Assembly (NCBI GenBank): GCA_963693365.1
Contig: CAVNZM010000017.1
Location: forward strand, 1,713,989-1,777,988
DNA length: 64,000 nt
Direction: 5' to 3'
From: Amoebidium appalachense
Taxonomy: Eukaryota; Protista; Ichthyosporea
Part shown: piece after piece, positions 39,757 to 64,000 of the stretch
Position numbering within the stretch: position 1 is the first letter of the stretch
Layout: each line of letters starts with the position of its first letter
Notes under the pieces: model-generated
Seen by the model: the letters and a program-made list of their open reading frames with translations, nothing else
Told to the model about the DNA's origin: nothing
Database searches by the model: none
Made by a program: the position numbers and the translations under genes

Positions 39757-40556
39757 CACCTGGGAGAACTTCTCACGAGGGGCAATCTCCTTCACGCCAA
39801 TGATGTCATGCGACTTCTGCATTCCACCAAGCACAAAATGTCACCTGAAGTGCATTGCAATGCCGACCAAGCAACCCCGGGCCCCTGGTATATTTACCAG
39901 TCATATCTATAGACATCGAAAATTTACATCTGGCACAGTAGGCATTCAATATCTACTGAAATATTCTGCCAGCGCCATTCTACAACATGCTTTACCATAT
40001 GTATATCTGTTACATGTCTGCCCCACCTCCATCTGACATCATAATAGGAGCAACAGCCACGGTTGCCCACACACCCATCTCCATCCTACTTTGTACCATC
40101 ACAATAAAAAGCTGGGATACCCCCATCCCCCCATCCCCCCCTCCATCCCATCATCACTACACAATGGAGGTATAACATAGATAAACACATTCAACTCCAC
40201 CCCATCATCACACACTATGGAGATAAGCTCGAGATAAACTCCATCAAATTTATCCCATCACCACCACAACATAGTCGAGATATATGACAGGTATCTACAC
40301 ATTCGCCTCCGTCCCATCATCACAACATAGCCAAGATAAATCCGAGACATAACCCGAGATACACCCACCCACATCCATCCCATCACCACCCCATATCCGA
40401 GATATAATCGGGATATTCTTGATATTCTTACCCACTCCTCGACGACCTGGCCCCTCTCCAGGTCCATAACGTACATCTTCTGGTCGTCACCCGGTTTCAT
40501 CATCACCATCTTGCTGTCTTCCTTGTGCAGCATCAGCTGTGGAGGAAAAACAATTT

Positions 40557-40587
<31 letters not shown>

Positions 40588-40604
40588 GGGGGGGGGGGGG
40601 GGAT

Positions 40605-40652
<48 letters not shown>

Positions 40653-42076
40653 AAGAGAGAGGGGGGGGGGGGGGGGGGGGGGGGGGGAAGAGAGAGAGAA
40701 GAGGTAGAAAATAAGCCATACATTTAGAAGAAAAGATGTATAACAGGTGAAAATATCAAGAATATTGCTACGTTGATTTGTGATGCCGGGCTGCTCCCCC
40801 AATCAAAGCACTACGTACATAAGCCCAACTCCTAACTGCAACCCCCAACCCGCACCTAAAGCCATACATCTACCATGATTGTGTCTAACTGCTAAAGCCA
40901 TACATCTACCATGATTGTGTCTAACTGCTAAAGCCATACATCTACCATGATTGTGTCTAACTGCTAAAGCCATACATCTACCATGATTGTGTCTAACTGC
41001 TAAAGCCATACATCTACCATGATTGTGTCTAACTGCTAAAGCCATACATCTACCATGATTGTGTCTAACTGCTAAAGCCATACATCTACCATGATTGTGT
41101 CTACCTGCTAAAGCCATACATCTACCATGATTGTGTCTAACTGCTAAAGCCATACATCTACCATGATTGTGTCTAACTGCTAAAGCCATACATCTACCAT
41201 GATTGTGTCTAACTGCTAAAGCCATACATCTACCATGATTGTGTCTAACTGCTAAAGCCATACATCTACCATGATTGTGTCTAACTGCTAAAGCCATACA
41301 TCTACCATGATTGTGTCTAACTGCTAAAGCCATACATCTACCATGATTGTGTCTAACTGCTAAAGCCATACATCTACCATGATTGTGTCTAACTGCTAAA
41401 GCCATACATCTACCATGATTGTGTCTAACTGCTAAAGCCATACATCTACCATGATTGTGTCTAACTGCTAAAGCCATACATCTACCATGATTGTGTCTAA
41501 CTGCTAAAGCCATACATCTACCATGATTGTGTCTAACTGCTAAAGCCATACATCTACCATGATTGTGTCTAACTGCTAAAGCCATACATCTACCATGATT
41601 GTGTCTAACTGCTAAAGCCATACATCTACCATGATTGTGTCTAACTGCTAAAGCCATGACCATGATTGTGTCTAACTGCTAAAGCCATACATCTACCATG
41701 ATTGTGTCTAACTGCTAAAGCCATACATCTACCATGATTGTGTCTAACTGCTAAAGCCATACATCTACCATGATTGTGTCTAACTGCTAAAGCCATACAT
41801 CTACCATGATTGTGTCTAACTGCTAAAGCCATACATCTACCATGATTGTGTCTACCTGCTAAAGCCACCCCCCCCCCCCCCCCCCCCCCCTCCTCCTCCC
41901 CTTACCACCACCACCACAAACCCACCCACCCAGCCCATCCTCCCCTCTTAGTGGTGCGCTGGAATTGTCGTGAAGCTGTTTTTGGTCATTTTGAACTCCC
42001 CCCCCCCCCCCCCCCCCCAAACACACACACACCCACCCACACACACACCCAACTCCCTTCCCCCGCCCCCACCCCA

Positions 42077-42158
<82 letters not shown>

Positions 42159-42583
42159 ACCTGTCGGGGGGTCAGCTTGTCCCCGGCCAGGTCCGTGAGT
42201 CCGCTGATGTTTGTGACAAACTCCATCCTGTTTTCGTCAAAGTTGTTGCGGAACACACCAATGTTGTTCCCTCGGGACACAAACGCACGGTTGTGCTTGA
42301 CACTGTATTTTTGTGTTTTAGTTAGTGTTTTTGTTATGGTTATCACTGATGTTTCTGAGTATTTTGGTGGATGTACTTATCTGGTTTTGTTTTTTGACCA
42401 TATTTTTTAGGTGTGGTGGGGTCGGGTTGGGATGTAGCTGTAGGGTGTCGGGGCGATCAAGGGGTTAAGGGAAGTTTTGCGTTGCCTCGTGACACAAATG
42501 CACGGCTGTGCTTGTCACTGTTTGAATTGGTGATTTGCTGTTGTAAGCAGAGTGGTAACTCTAATTAATGCATGCTCGTTTGT

Positions 42584-42639
<56 letters not shown>

Positions 42640-43925
42640 TGTGTGCGCGCGCGCGCGCGTGTGTGTGTGCTGTGTGTGTGTGTGCTGTGTGTTGGAAGGA
42701 GGAGGGGGGGAGATGTTGCCTCGACACACAAACACACGGTTATGATTGACACAGACTTTTTGCACTTTTGTTATGGTTATTACTGATATTTATCGGTGTT
42801 TTAGATGTATCTTTTTATATGTCTTTTAATGTGTGAATGTGGTAGCGTCGAGTACGGGGTTGGGCTGTTGGGCGATTGGGCTCTTATGTGGTTAGGGGGT
42901 TGGGGGGTTGGGGTTGCACGGTTTTTTTTATTATTAAAAATTATTATTATCATCATTATTAATAATATTATCATCATTATCATATAGGGTGCATGTGTTG
43001 CGCGTGCGTGTGTTGTGTATGTGTTTTGTGAGTGTGTACGCTTGTGTTTTGAGTGTGATTGTGATTTAATGTGTACATGTGTTTATGTGCCCATGTGCAT
43101 GCACATGTTTTCTGTGCACGTACCCAACCTGCAGGTGGCTGTTTCTGCCCCCCTCCAGAGACATATTGGACATTGCATCGTCCAGATACGCCCCCCCATC
43201 CTCCTCCTCCTCATCTTCACTCTCAGTCTCAGCATCGTGAAATTCTGTTAAAAGGAGAAAAAAATTCGTTGTATCAGTATAGAAATAAATCAATGTTATC
43301 TTTCTATCAGTATAGACAAGTCAGTGCGCGTCGTTTTATCAGTAAACAAACGCAGACATAACGAAATGTGAATCGATAAACCAACCACCGCATCTCCCAT
43401 TTTAGACAAAAGCGGGTTTGATCCGATCGAGATTCCAAATTGCCCTGGCGCCGTGTAAGAAAATTATCGAAATATCAAGCGATCGAGGGAGTGACGTCAT
43501 TCTGGGCACACTTTTCCCAGAATGACGTCACTCCTTCGATCGCTTGATAAGTTCGATAATTTCTTAGGCGGCGCCAGGGCAAATTGGAATCTTCGATCGG
43601 ATCAACCTCGGTTTTGTCTAAGTTGGGAGATGCGATCAGTATAGGCATGAGTCATGTACTCGTTGTCGATATAGAGGTAAATGTAATTTGTCACTATAGA
43701 GGTAATAAAGAAATGGGTGTACATGAGGGTCAGCGCGTGTGTTCTCGATTGTGTGTGTGCGTGTACGAACAAAGGCGCAAGCGTGTGTGAACATGTGTAC
43801 CACACACTTGTGGTGCGTGTGTGCATGCGCGCCCGTGTGTAATTGTGTTTATGTGCGTTCGTGGCATTTCTTTCAATCTCTTCTTCTCCTTTTTCCTTTT
43901 TTCTTTTTCTTTCTTTTTTTTTTTT

Positions 43926-43975
<50 letters not shown>

Positions 43976-44304
43976 CTACTACCGTCTGCATCCTCCATGT
44001 CCACGTCATAGGCCAGATGGCGCACATAGTCCTGGTCATCTTGGTCCTGCAACCAGCCAATTGTTAGTCGATGTTAAATTTTGTATCATACTTCTTAAAT
44101 TTCGAACTAACCGACACAAAAGACACATCGTGGCAGCAGAAATTGCCGCAGAAAGTCATCACAGCCACCCCTGCGGGGGGTGGGGGGGGGGGGGGGTTGG
44201 TTCTAAAATGAATGAACTGGGTTGGGGCGTGGGTTCCTAAGTGGAATTACCTTGAGATTCTTAAGCATGGTGAGCATTTTCGACGGTTCACAAACACACT
44301 TTGT

Positions 44305-44344
<40 letters not shown>

Positions 44345-44404
44345 GGGGGAGGGGGTTCGGTGTAAATGTATGGGCTGGGGCGGGCCGGCGGGCGGGTGGG
44401 CGGG

Positions 44405-44437
<33 letters not shown>

Positions 44438-45453
44438 CCTAAGCAAAAATACTTAAGGTTCTTTGCCATGGGCATTTGGTGGGCTTTTTCACACTTCCAC
44501 AAATGGGGTGAGAAGCGGGATTCTGTTCTGTATGAATGTGCAGGCAGGGGGTTGGGGAGAGGGGGGGACTTTTGTGAAAATACCTTGAGGTTCTTAGCCA
44601 TGGGCATTTGGTGGGCGTTTTCATAGAGGCAGCGGGTGATGGTGTCGACAAACTCCTTGTAGATGGCGGGGTCGTTGAACTTGATGCTCCACGTGTACGG
44701 CACACCCTCTAGGTGGAGTAGATGTGTGGTCAGAATTGTCGCGATGGGGTTGGTTTTTTATTTCTTTGGTTTCCTTAGTCTTTCTTTTCTTCTCCTTCCG
44801 CACCTGCCATGGATATGCACACACAAACGCACACTCACATACACTTTCCTCTCTCCCTCTTTCTCTCTCGTTGCTCCGATTGGCGTTGCCATTTTGGTGT
44901 GTGTGTGGATGGGTGGGTTGGGAGAGGGAGGGGGGGGGGGGGGGGGGGGGGGGAAGAAAAAGAGACAACCTCAGAAATGAAACAAATGAGCAGGCAATAT
45001 CCGCATTTGAAAGGGCATTCACCCAGGGGTTCCCCTGGCTTTTTCAAAAACGGTTTCAGAATGCTCAACATCTGCATACGATACAATACCCATTTGAATA
45101 TTAATCCCGGTAGGTGTGTGTGCATGGGTGAAGGGGGGGGGGGGGGGGGGGGGGGGATTTCACCCTGCCGAAATTCCTGTCATAATGAATGAGTCAGAGA
45201 GAGTGAGCAAGGGAATAGGCTCACCTTCGTACTTGTTCCAGATAAGTGACAGATGGTCCTGGTTGGGGTATATCTACCGTCAGTCGACTATCCAAATGAA
45301 TACGTCGACTATCCCAATTGACTAGTCAACTATCTAAACGCATTGATCTACTATCCAATTGCATTGATTGACTATCCAAATGGATTACATGGATGTCCAA
45401 TTACTCTTATGCTGAACTCCTCCCCCCCCAAAAAAGACCAGCGTAAAGACACA

Positions 45454-45490
<37 letters not shown>

Positions 45491-45675
45491 ACCCCCCCCC
45501 CTCACCCCCCCCCCCCCCCTGTTTACCGGCTGCCAGTAGAGGTTCATGTCCATGGTGCATTTCTCCCCCAGGATGCCTCTGCCGTCGGGCCCAACAAGAT
45601 ACATCATGGCTACAAAAAAAAGCACATGTCAGCACACACGAACAGACAGAAGCACGCACACACAGATGGGCGCGC

Positions 45676-45718
<43 letters not shown>

Positions 45719-46051
45719 CCCCCTACCCGCACACACACCGACACTAATGCGTGCGTCGGCACAAACACAGGCACAGGCACAGGCACGCCCGCACGAGCGC
45801 GCGCACACACACATGCGCAACACACACACACACCAACACACACACTCTCCACACTCACCGCTCCCTCCACAAAAACGAACAAAACACAAAACACACCCTT
45901 TTCACAGATATATCGGAAAGGAAAGGAGAAAGCCCGAAGCATTAGGACTACTTAACACTCTACATTGGTTTGTCGGAAGAATGGGAGGGATGAGGTGGCA
46001 GTGTGTGCCCCCCCCCCCCCCCCCCCCCCCCCCAACACACACACACACCGT

Positions 46052-46105
<54 letters not shown>

Positions 46106-46382
46106 GCACACCAATCCACCAAAAACAAAATTAATGAGTTAGCACGAGCAAACAACAGTGTATGTAAAACGGAGAAACCCCAAATTTCCCAATATATATA
46201 GTTCAGGTTATGCAGAATTTCACAGATAAACAGCAACCCGCTACAGAGTACAAGATCAACTCTTCCCCCAAGTCCGCTAATCTTTACTCAGACACTATAC
46301 AGATATGTGTGCGTGTACCCGAGCAGCGGGGGGTGGTGTGGGTGGTGGTGGTGGTGGTGGTGGTGGTGTTGGAAAAAGGGGG

Positions 46383-46420
<38 letters not shown>

Positions 46421-47025
46421 AAGGGGAAGGAAGGAGAGGGGGAATAGGGAGAGAAGAGGTGGGGGAGGGGGATAGGGGGGGAGGGGGGAGGGAGGGGGGG
46501 AACCAATTCATACCGTCGAATTCGCTGACCTCGTTTACAGTAACGGTGCAGTTGTCGGCATAGAGCAGGAAGCGTTGGGTGGCACTGTCGTAGTTGTATA
46601 GTTGCGCAGTGCACGTGAACTTGGCCTGTGTGCAAATAAATGAAAGGTAAGAGGGGTTTCTTTTAGGTGCCCAGCATTTTGGCCCGACCCGAGGACCAAA
46701 AGCGGTGACAATAATTCGGCCTCAAAGAAATAAAAGAAACCCCCTTTTATTCAGCGAGGTACATGTTACATTCATATAGATAATTGTTGCGCAAGTTGTA
46801 GAGAGTGCCACTTGTTGAGAGAACCCTTTTGTAGTTGCTTGTATAGAAAATATTTTGTAAATGCTTGTAGTCGTTGGTAAAAGAGAAAATGCTAAATGTT
46901 AAGGTAACACGTTTGTACGTTGACAGAAGTGTAAGGATGAAAGAGATGTAGAAGGGGAGAAAGGGAGGGGTGGTCGACATCAGAGGAGGAAGGGGAAGGG
47001 GAAGGGGGTGGGGAGGTGGGGGGAA

Positions 47026-47057
<32 letters not shown>

Positions 47058-47794
47058 GGGGGGGGAGGGGAAGGAGGGTACTGTATGTGTGGAGGGTGTA
47101 TGAAGAACCTGCAAGGCAACACGTAAAAAGGAAACACTGAACAGAAACCAAAAATGTGCAGATATGCGGAAAAGGGTGGGAAAGGTAGACCCGCCCTTAC
47201 CCTCCCCACACATCCCGGCACACATCCGGCACACCTCCCGGCACACACACGCTCACGCACTTGCGCACGCACACACACACACACATATCCAAAAACAACT
47301 CTCCCTCCCATCCACCCCCCCTCTCCCCCAGCCAAAGACACACACAAACACAACCACCCGCCCCTTCTCTCTCCCTCCCCCCCCCCTCCTCCACACACAC
47401 ACACACACACACAAATACACACACACACACACACACAAATACACACACACACACACACACACATACACGTACACACACAAACACACACCGTTACACACAC
47501 ACACACACACACACCGTTCCTTCGACAGGCACAATCTGTCGTGGTGGGCCTCTGATAGGTGTGGAGGGTGGGGGCATATTGGTGGTAGTGGTGGTGGCGG
47601 GGGTTTTTGCAGGGGTGGTGGGTGGTTGGACAGCCGGGGTGGAAGGATTGCTGATGCTGGGACGCTGGGGGGGTCCGGTGGTGAATTTGGCCGCGGATAT
47701 GCGGCGCTCAATCTCCTGCCTGTGTGTGTGTGTGGGGGGGGGGGGGGGGGGGGGGGGGGGGAGGGGGATGTGTGTGTGTTGTGCGTGTGTGTGT

Positions 47795-47829
<35 letters not shown>

Positions 47830-50155
47830 TGGGGGGGGAGGAGGAGGTTGGGGCTGTGTGTGTGTGTTTGTGTATGTTTATGGTGGGGGGGGGGGAGGGT
47901 ATGTGCATGTGTATGTGTGAAGGGCAGTTATTGGATAACATTCATAAGCCATTGGAATAAATGTTCCAACAGGAGTGACAGAAAACTGGGTGGGGGTTGG
48001 GGGTGGGGGTGGGGGGGAGGGTAGTGTTTGTAAATGTGTGTAAAAAATACAATGGGATGGGAGTGATGGGAGTAACGGGTTTACACACTGTGCAGAAGAA
48101 AGAAGACCGTGGTGGGACCCCGTGTAGGGAAGGCCATTCTCCCCCCCCCCCCCCCCCCCCCCCAGGGGTCCTTCACGGGGTAGCATGTGCAAGGGTCGCG
48201 TGTCATGTACGTCTAATGGAGCTATGCATGCCAAACCCCCCTCCCCTCCCTCTACCCACCCACCCACCCATCCCTCCCGTATTGTTTCCCCCTCCCTTTC
48301 TTTCCTTGTTTCCTTTTTGATGTGTGTACACGTGGGTAATGGTGTACAAGATAACTACTCCACCCTCTTTTGTATTTGCTTTTGTCAGGCTTTTTTTTCT
48401 TGGTGCTTTGTGACAAATACATGCGGGTCATGGTATTTAACACATCATTTCCCCCATTCCTTTCTTTTCGCTCTCCCCCCCCCCCTCCCCCTCTCTTACC
48501 CCCTCCCACCCCTTCTCTCTCTCTTACCCCCTCCCCCCTCTCTCTCCCTCTCCCTCTCCCCTCCCCCAACCCCCCCCCCCCCCCCCCCCCCCGCCTTTTT
48601 TTTTCTCTCTGGGGGAGGGGGGGATGGGGGTGTTACTGAATTTCGAGCAAATCGTTGTTGCTTGCAGCGTTCCTGTCAGTCTGGTGCAGATTCTCGTAGA
48701 TGGCCAGATAGGCACTGCGGATAAACGCCTGGATGGCTGTGTCGTTCCTGCCGTGCATGTTGAACGCATACAGCTTCTGTGTGTGTGTGTGTGTGTGTGT
48801 GTGTTCGTACACGTGTGTATGTAGGGTTAGTGTGCGGCTGGTTGTGGGTGTGGGTTTGGTTGTAGGTGTGAGTGTAAGTGTAGATGCGTGTGCAGATGAA
48901 GGAGTTAGGTGCACGTGTAGGTGCAGGGATAGGTGTAGGTGTTGGTGTGTGCGCATGCGTGGTGTAAAAGGTAAGGGTAGAGATGTGGGCGTGTGTGCAT
49001 GTTGCGTACATGTAGGTGTCAGTGAACGTGTGTCGTCCATGCGGTGAATGTTAAACACATACAGCTTTTGTGTACATTACGTGCAGGTGCACGAGTGCAT
49101 GTAGGTATGGGTCTAGGTGTAGGGGTAAGGGATATGTGTGGGTGTGGGTGAGGTGTGGATGAACATATAGATAGTGAGTATGAGCAGGGTTAGGCACACA
49201 TAGTGTACGTGTAGGTGGGATGTGTGTACGTGGAAGTGTCCGCGTACATGGGGGGGGGGGGGGGGGGGGGGGGGATGTATGCACTAGGAGGTGGGAGATT
49301 CGGACATGAAAAGCACAAACTAATCGACCCCGGGAGGGGGGAGGGGGATATAACGGGAGTGTGAGTGAGGAAAACAGAAGAGGTAAAACGGAAACGTCTC
49401 TCTTACGTAAGATTTTCTTTGCGTGCTCGTGTGCGTCCGTGATGCATGTCTGTTTAGCACAGCGGGATGATGGAGGGGGGAGGTCAGATTCTGCAGCAGT
49501 GAGAGATTTTCCTTTTTTTTCGGGGAAGGTGGAAAGCGGGGGGGGGGAAGGGAGGGGGGGGGGGGGGGGGGGTGAGCACGTACCCCCTGCTTGGAGTTCC
49601 ACTGGAACCACTGCTTGTCGTCGTCATCGTAAAGAATCAGAAGAGTGTCGATGGTCAGAGGGAACGCGTAGGCATTTTCCTCTGTAAAAAAATATCACGT
49701 GTTACCCAGAGATGGGAGCAGGGAGAGGGGAGACAGGGGGGAGGGGGGAGGGGAGGGGGCATGATCACGGTAGGGTGGGAGGTTGGAGGGGGGTGGGAAG
49801 TGGAGGTTTGGGGGGGGGGGGGGGGGGAGGGGGGGGAAAGGGGGGGGGGGGGGGAGGGGGGGGGGGGAGGAAGGGATTGACAAAAATGAGTTCTATTTTT
49901 TTTTTCCCCCCTTTGGGAGGGGGGAGCTCAGCAGAATTTGCATATATGACATGGGGATATTGATAGCGCAATGCTCCGTCCACCTGGGAGGAGCCCCCCA
50001 GGGGTGCTGCTGCCAGGAGGGTGGTGGTGGTGGTGGTGGTGTGTGTGTGGGTTCCGGGGAGGGGGGAGGGGGGGAGGGGGGGGGGGGAGGGACTTTTGGG
50101 GGGAGGGGAATGAGGGTAACCAAGGGACTTGTCTGTTTGTGCTTTGTGCTTTGTG

Positions 50156-50223
<68 letters not shown>

Positions 50224-51250
50224 CCATGTGTATATGTGTGTGTATATATATGTGCATTGTGTATGTGTGTGCGTGTGTGTCTTGTGCCTCTAAGTGAACT
50301 GCCGGTGACCGGGGGGAGGGGAGGGGGGGGGGGGGGGGGGGGAGCAGGGCTTCACCTCCAGGCTGCAGGTCCTCCCCCTCCTCGAATATGCGACTGATGA
50401 CCAGTTTGTGCTCAAACTGCTTGTCACTCGGTCTCACTGACATCTGCGCATTAAGGAACCTGAATAACGAAAACCAGTTGAGTGTGAGTAGGTGCTGAAA
50501 AAGGAAATATTTGCGAGCTCGTCAGTTGAATGATTCTTTGTCAAGTCTACAGTGTTGTCATAAAGGTAGTTCATGTATGCAAATGCTTTGTAGGAAAAAA
50601 AAAGGTGAGAGCTGTTGGGGAGTTTTTTTGCCGTCTTATATGTATTTCACTATGTGAAGGGGGAGGCAAAACGGAGAGAGAGGGCAGGGTAGACCCAGGG
50701 AGGTGTAGGGAGGGGAGGGGAGGGGGGGGAGTTGGCTTGTCTGTTTTTACCTGGAGAATTGGAGGTGGGGGCGAGGGTGGGCGGGGGGGAAGGTGGCTGA
50801 TCATCAGCCTAGTATATGACTGTAAACAACCATGTTGATGTGGAGAGTGAATGGTATGCAGAACTTACAGGCACTTTTCAGCACTCTTGACGGAGCTGAC
50901 TGTCCACAATTGCCCTTCCAGGCTGGCCCCCGGTGCTGGGCCCCCTGAAAAATACTGCGCAAAAGTTTGGAAACAAGTGTAAGGGGGGATGAATGAAGAA
51001 ATGGAAAAAAGGGAAGTTGGCCGGGGGGAAGTGGGTAGAAGCAAGGAGTCGGGGAGGATGAAGTAGGGCAGGAGCTTTTATTTGGGGGGGGAGGGTGGTG
51101 TTGGAGGAGGGGAGGCAGCGCGGGCATAAATTGATATAGAAGGTGCTGCCACAGAGCTAAATAGGGACCACGCAATTTTAGTAGGAAAAACGCGCTTTAC
51201 AGAAGTAGCTAGACATAAACAAAGCATACCTTGTAGATGGAGCTGAACAT
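34766..51250 (-). CDS. VID27: Vacuolar import and degradation protein 27 (PH-like domains + C-terminal beta-propeller), 24 exons, ~740 aa
   Basis: Hand-spliced GT-AG exons, all phase-compatible (2223 nt): 51230-51250, 51153-51156, 50869-50944, 50356-50459, 49584-49681, 48637-48776, 47515-47719, 46514-46625, 45527-45609, 45225-45258, 44584-44708, 43983-44046, 43124-43244, 42161-42302, 40432-40536, 39760-39816, 39201-39295, 38497-38552, 37713-37802, 37091-37227, 36558-36614, 36056-36117, 35325-35400, 34766-34924. Vid27 motifs: [79 protein letters not shown], and C-terminal SRNDIVNSPY*. Confidence 0.93.
37245..37490. repeat. 41-bp minisatellite, ~6 copies, in a VID27 intron
   Basis: Unit GAATATATTTGTGGAAGCACTCTCTAACACTTGTTATGTAA. 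Confidence 0.95.
39266..39545. repeat. Five ~55-60-bp tandem units spanning the 3' splice site of VID27 exon 17
   Basis: GCCCACCATAAGATCACTGCCCGTGGCCTAAA recurs at ~39269, 39323, 39379, 39434 and 39498; the first copy is coding. Confidence 0.95.
40856..41867. repeat. 36-bp minisatellite, ~28 near-perfect copies, in a VID27 intron
   Basis: Unit CTAAAGCCATACATCTACCATGATTGTGTCTAACTG with no spacers; one shortened unit near 41657. Confidence 0.98.
43389..43634. mobile_element. Foldback/MITE-like long inverted repeat (~118-bp arms, 9-nt loop) in a VID27 intron
   Basis: CGCATCTCCCA...GAGTGACGTCATTCTGGG-cacactttt-CCCAGAATGACGTCACTC...TGGGAGATGCG. Confidence 0.85.
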
Positions 51251-51938
51251 GGTTGCGACTTCCAAAACCTGTGTGCCTCCCACGTTGTCGCAAAATACCT
51301 ATGCCTGAAAACAGCGTATGCTACCTTCCTTTCAAAGTTCGCAAAGAGCAGCCACTTGAACGAAAAGTGAAAATACGTAAGCAAAACTGGCTGTTTTTGC
51401 TAGAGCCGCTGTGACGTGTCTGGTTGTGGTGGCGCTAACGGGGTGACGTAAGCCTTGTGTGGGTGCTTGGCTTTCAAAAAGTGGCGCCAATATTTTGAAT
51501 ATCGAGCACAACTGATTGGTTATTGGATTGCATTTGCCAATCAACTGGTGTATGTGGAGCGATGCAAAAGTGTAAACGATAACCGCTTGGGCATCAACTA
51601 AGCAGACTGCAGTGTGTGCTCAGTGTGTATCGGGGTTGCTGATCGTGCTGATGCTCCGCCATGCAGCAACACACTAATAATTCTCCCGCTATAAGTTGTA
51701 GCTGTTTTCTGAACCAGCAGGGCACCAATCCCAACTTCAGGAGACGAGGCACAAACTCCAACTTTAAGAGGCTCATCTTAAGTGATTTGCAGTTTCATCT
51801 TTAGCGACATTAGGCAGCTCGTGTGTCTCCTTATAGGAACTCGTTAGAGTGTAGCAGGTTGTGGTTTGCTGCCTATGCCTCATGATTGATTTGAGATCGT
51901 AGCGCAAGCTCAAAGAACGCCAACGATTTCCGGTAGAA
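51251..51938. promoter_or_regulatory. Bidirectional VID27/LIN37 promoter with E2F/CDE-CHR and CCAAT elements
   Basis: Divergent ATGs at 51250 and 51939/52083. TTCAAA(51473)-GGCGCC(51483)-TTTGAA(51494); CCAAT/ATTGG at 51487, 51515, 51522 and 51537; TGACGT at ~51412 and ~51444. Confidence 0.6.
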
Positions 51939-52082
51939 ATGGAAGAGCCAACAATGAACAGCCCAAACGAGGAGGTATGTGTTCATATTAGCGCCCTATA
52001 GGTTGTGGTTTGCTGCCTATGCCTCATGATTGTTTTGAGATCGTAGCGCAAGTTCAAAGAACGCCAACGATTTCCGGTAGAA

Positions 52083-63512
<11,430 letters not shown>

Positions 63513-63639
63513 ATTTTAACGTTAAAAACTTGATCTATATTTAAGATGTTATGAAAGTGCGTGCGCACGGGTGTGCTGTGTGCTGCCTCAACACGGCAAG
63601 GGTGATGCTTTGTTCTGTTTTGTTTTGTTTGTTGTTGGG

Positions 63640-63690
<51 letters not shown>

Positions 63691-63755
63691 GTCCCGCTCT
63701 TTGAAATAGCTGTACATTGACAATGCGAATGTTTGGACTCCCCCCCCCCCCCCCC

Positions 63756-63826
<71 letters not shown>

Positions 63827-64000
63827 TAGATATATCTGTTTGTGGTGAAAGGAGGGTATATATATCTCGTCGGCAGTGCAAGCTTTGTGAGAATTCCTAG
63901 ATATCGGATAGCTACCATTCTATAGTTATTGGTAACGTGCAGTGCCCTTTTTTTTTTTTGAGTTCCACACAGTGTACATATACAGGAAAAACAATTGTGA

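Noticed and set aside
40856-41867. CRISPR array (36-bp repeat) or a 286-aa MALAVRHNHGRC repeat protein
   Set aside because: Units are head-to-tail with no spacers, there are no cas genes, and the array lies inside a eukaryotic intron. The ORF is a by-product of a stop-free 36-bp unit.

Overview
Eukaryotic genomic DNA, very rich in microsatellites and G/C/A homopolymer runs. Nearly all short ORFs in the supplied track are repeat artefacts. The window has two halves. (1) 1-33 kb is an accessory, TE-rich block holding only intronless genes: three paralogous BTB/POZ genes, four copies (2 intact, 2 decayed) of an unrecognised secreted 6-cysteine peptide gene, and one GT31-type glycosyltransferase. 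Between them are two non-LTR retrotransposon families, a young non-autonomous LTR element and MITE-like elements. (2) 34-64 kb holds two intron-rich conserved genes that I assembled by hand. VID27 (minus strand, 24 exons, about 740 aa) lies head-to-head with a LIN37-like DREAM/MuvB subunit (plus strand), and their shared promoter carries a palindromic E2F/CHR plus CCAAT arrangement. Other unusual signals: recurrent duplications of exon edges into flanking introns, predicted 4-nt and 5-nt microexons, an unidentified ~600-nt highly structured intronic segment, and a covarying LINE 3' stem-loop. The gene content suggests a non-animal opisthokont (unicellular holozoan or early-diverging fungus); this is inference. 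No database searches were run, and homology calls rest on recalled motifs.
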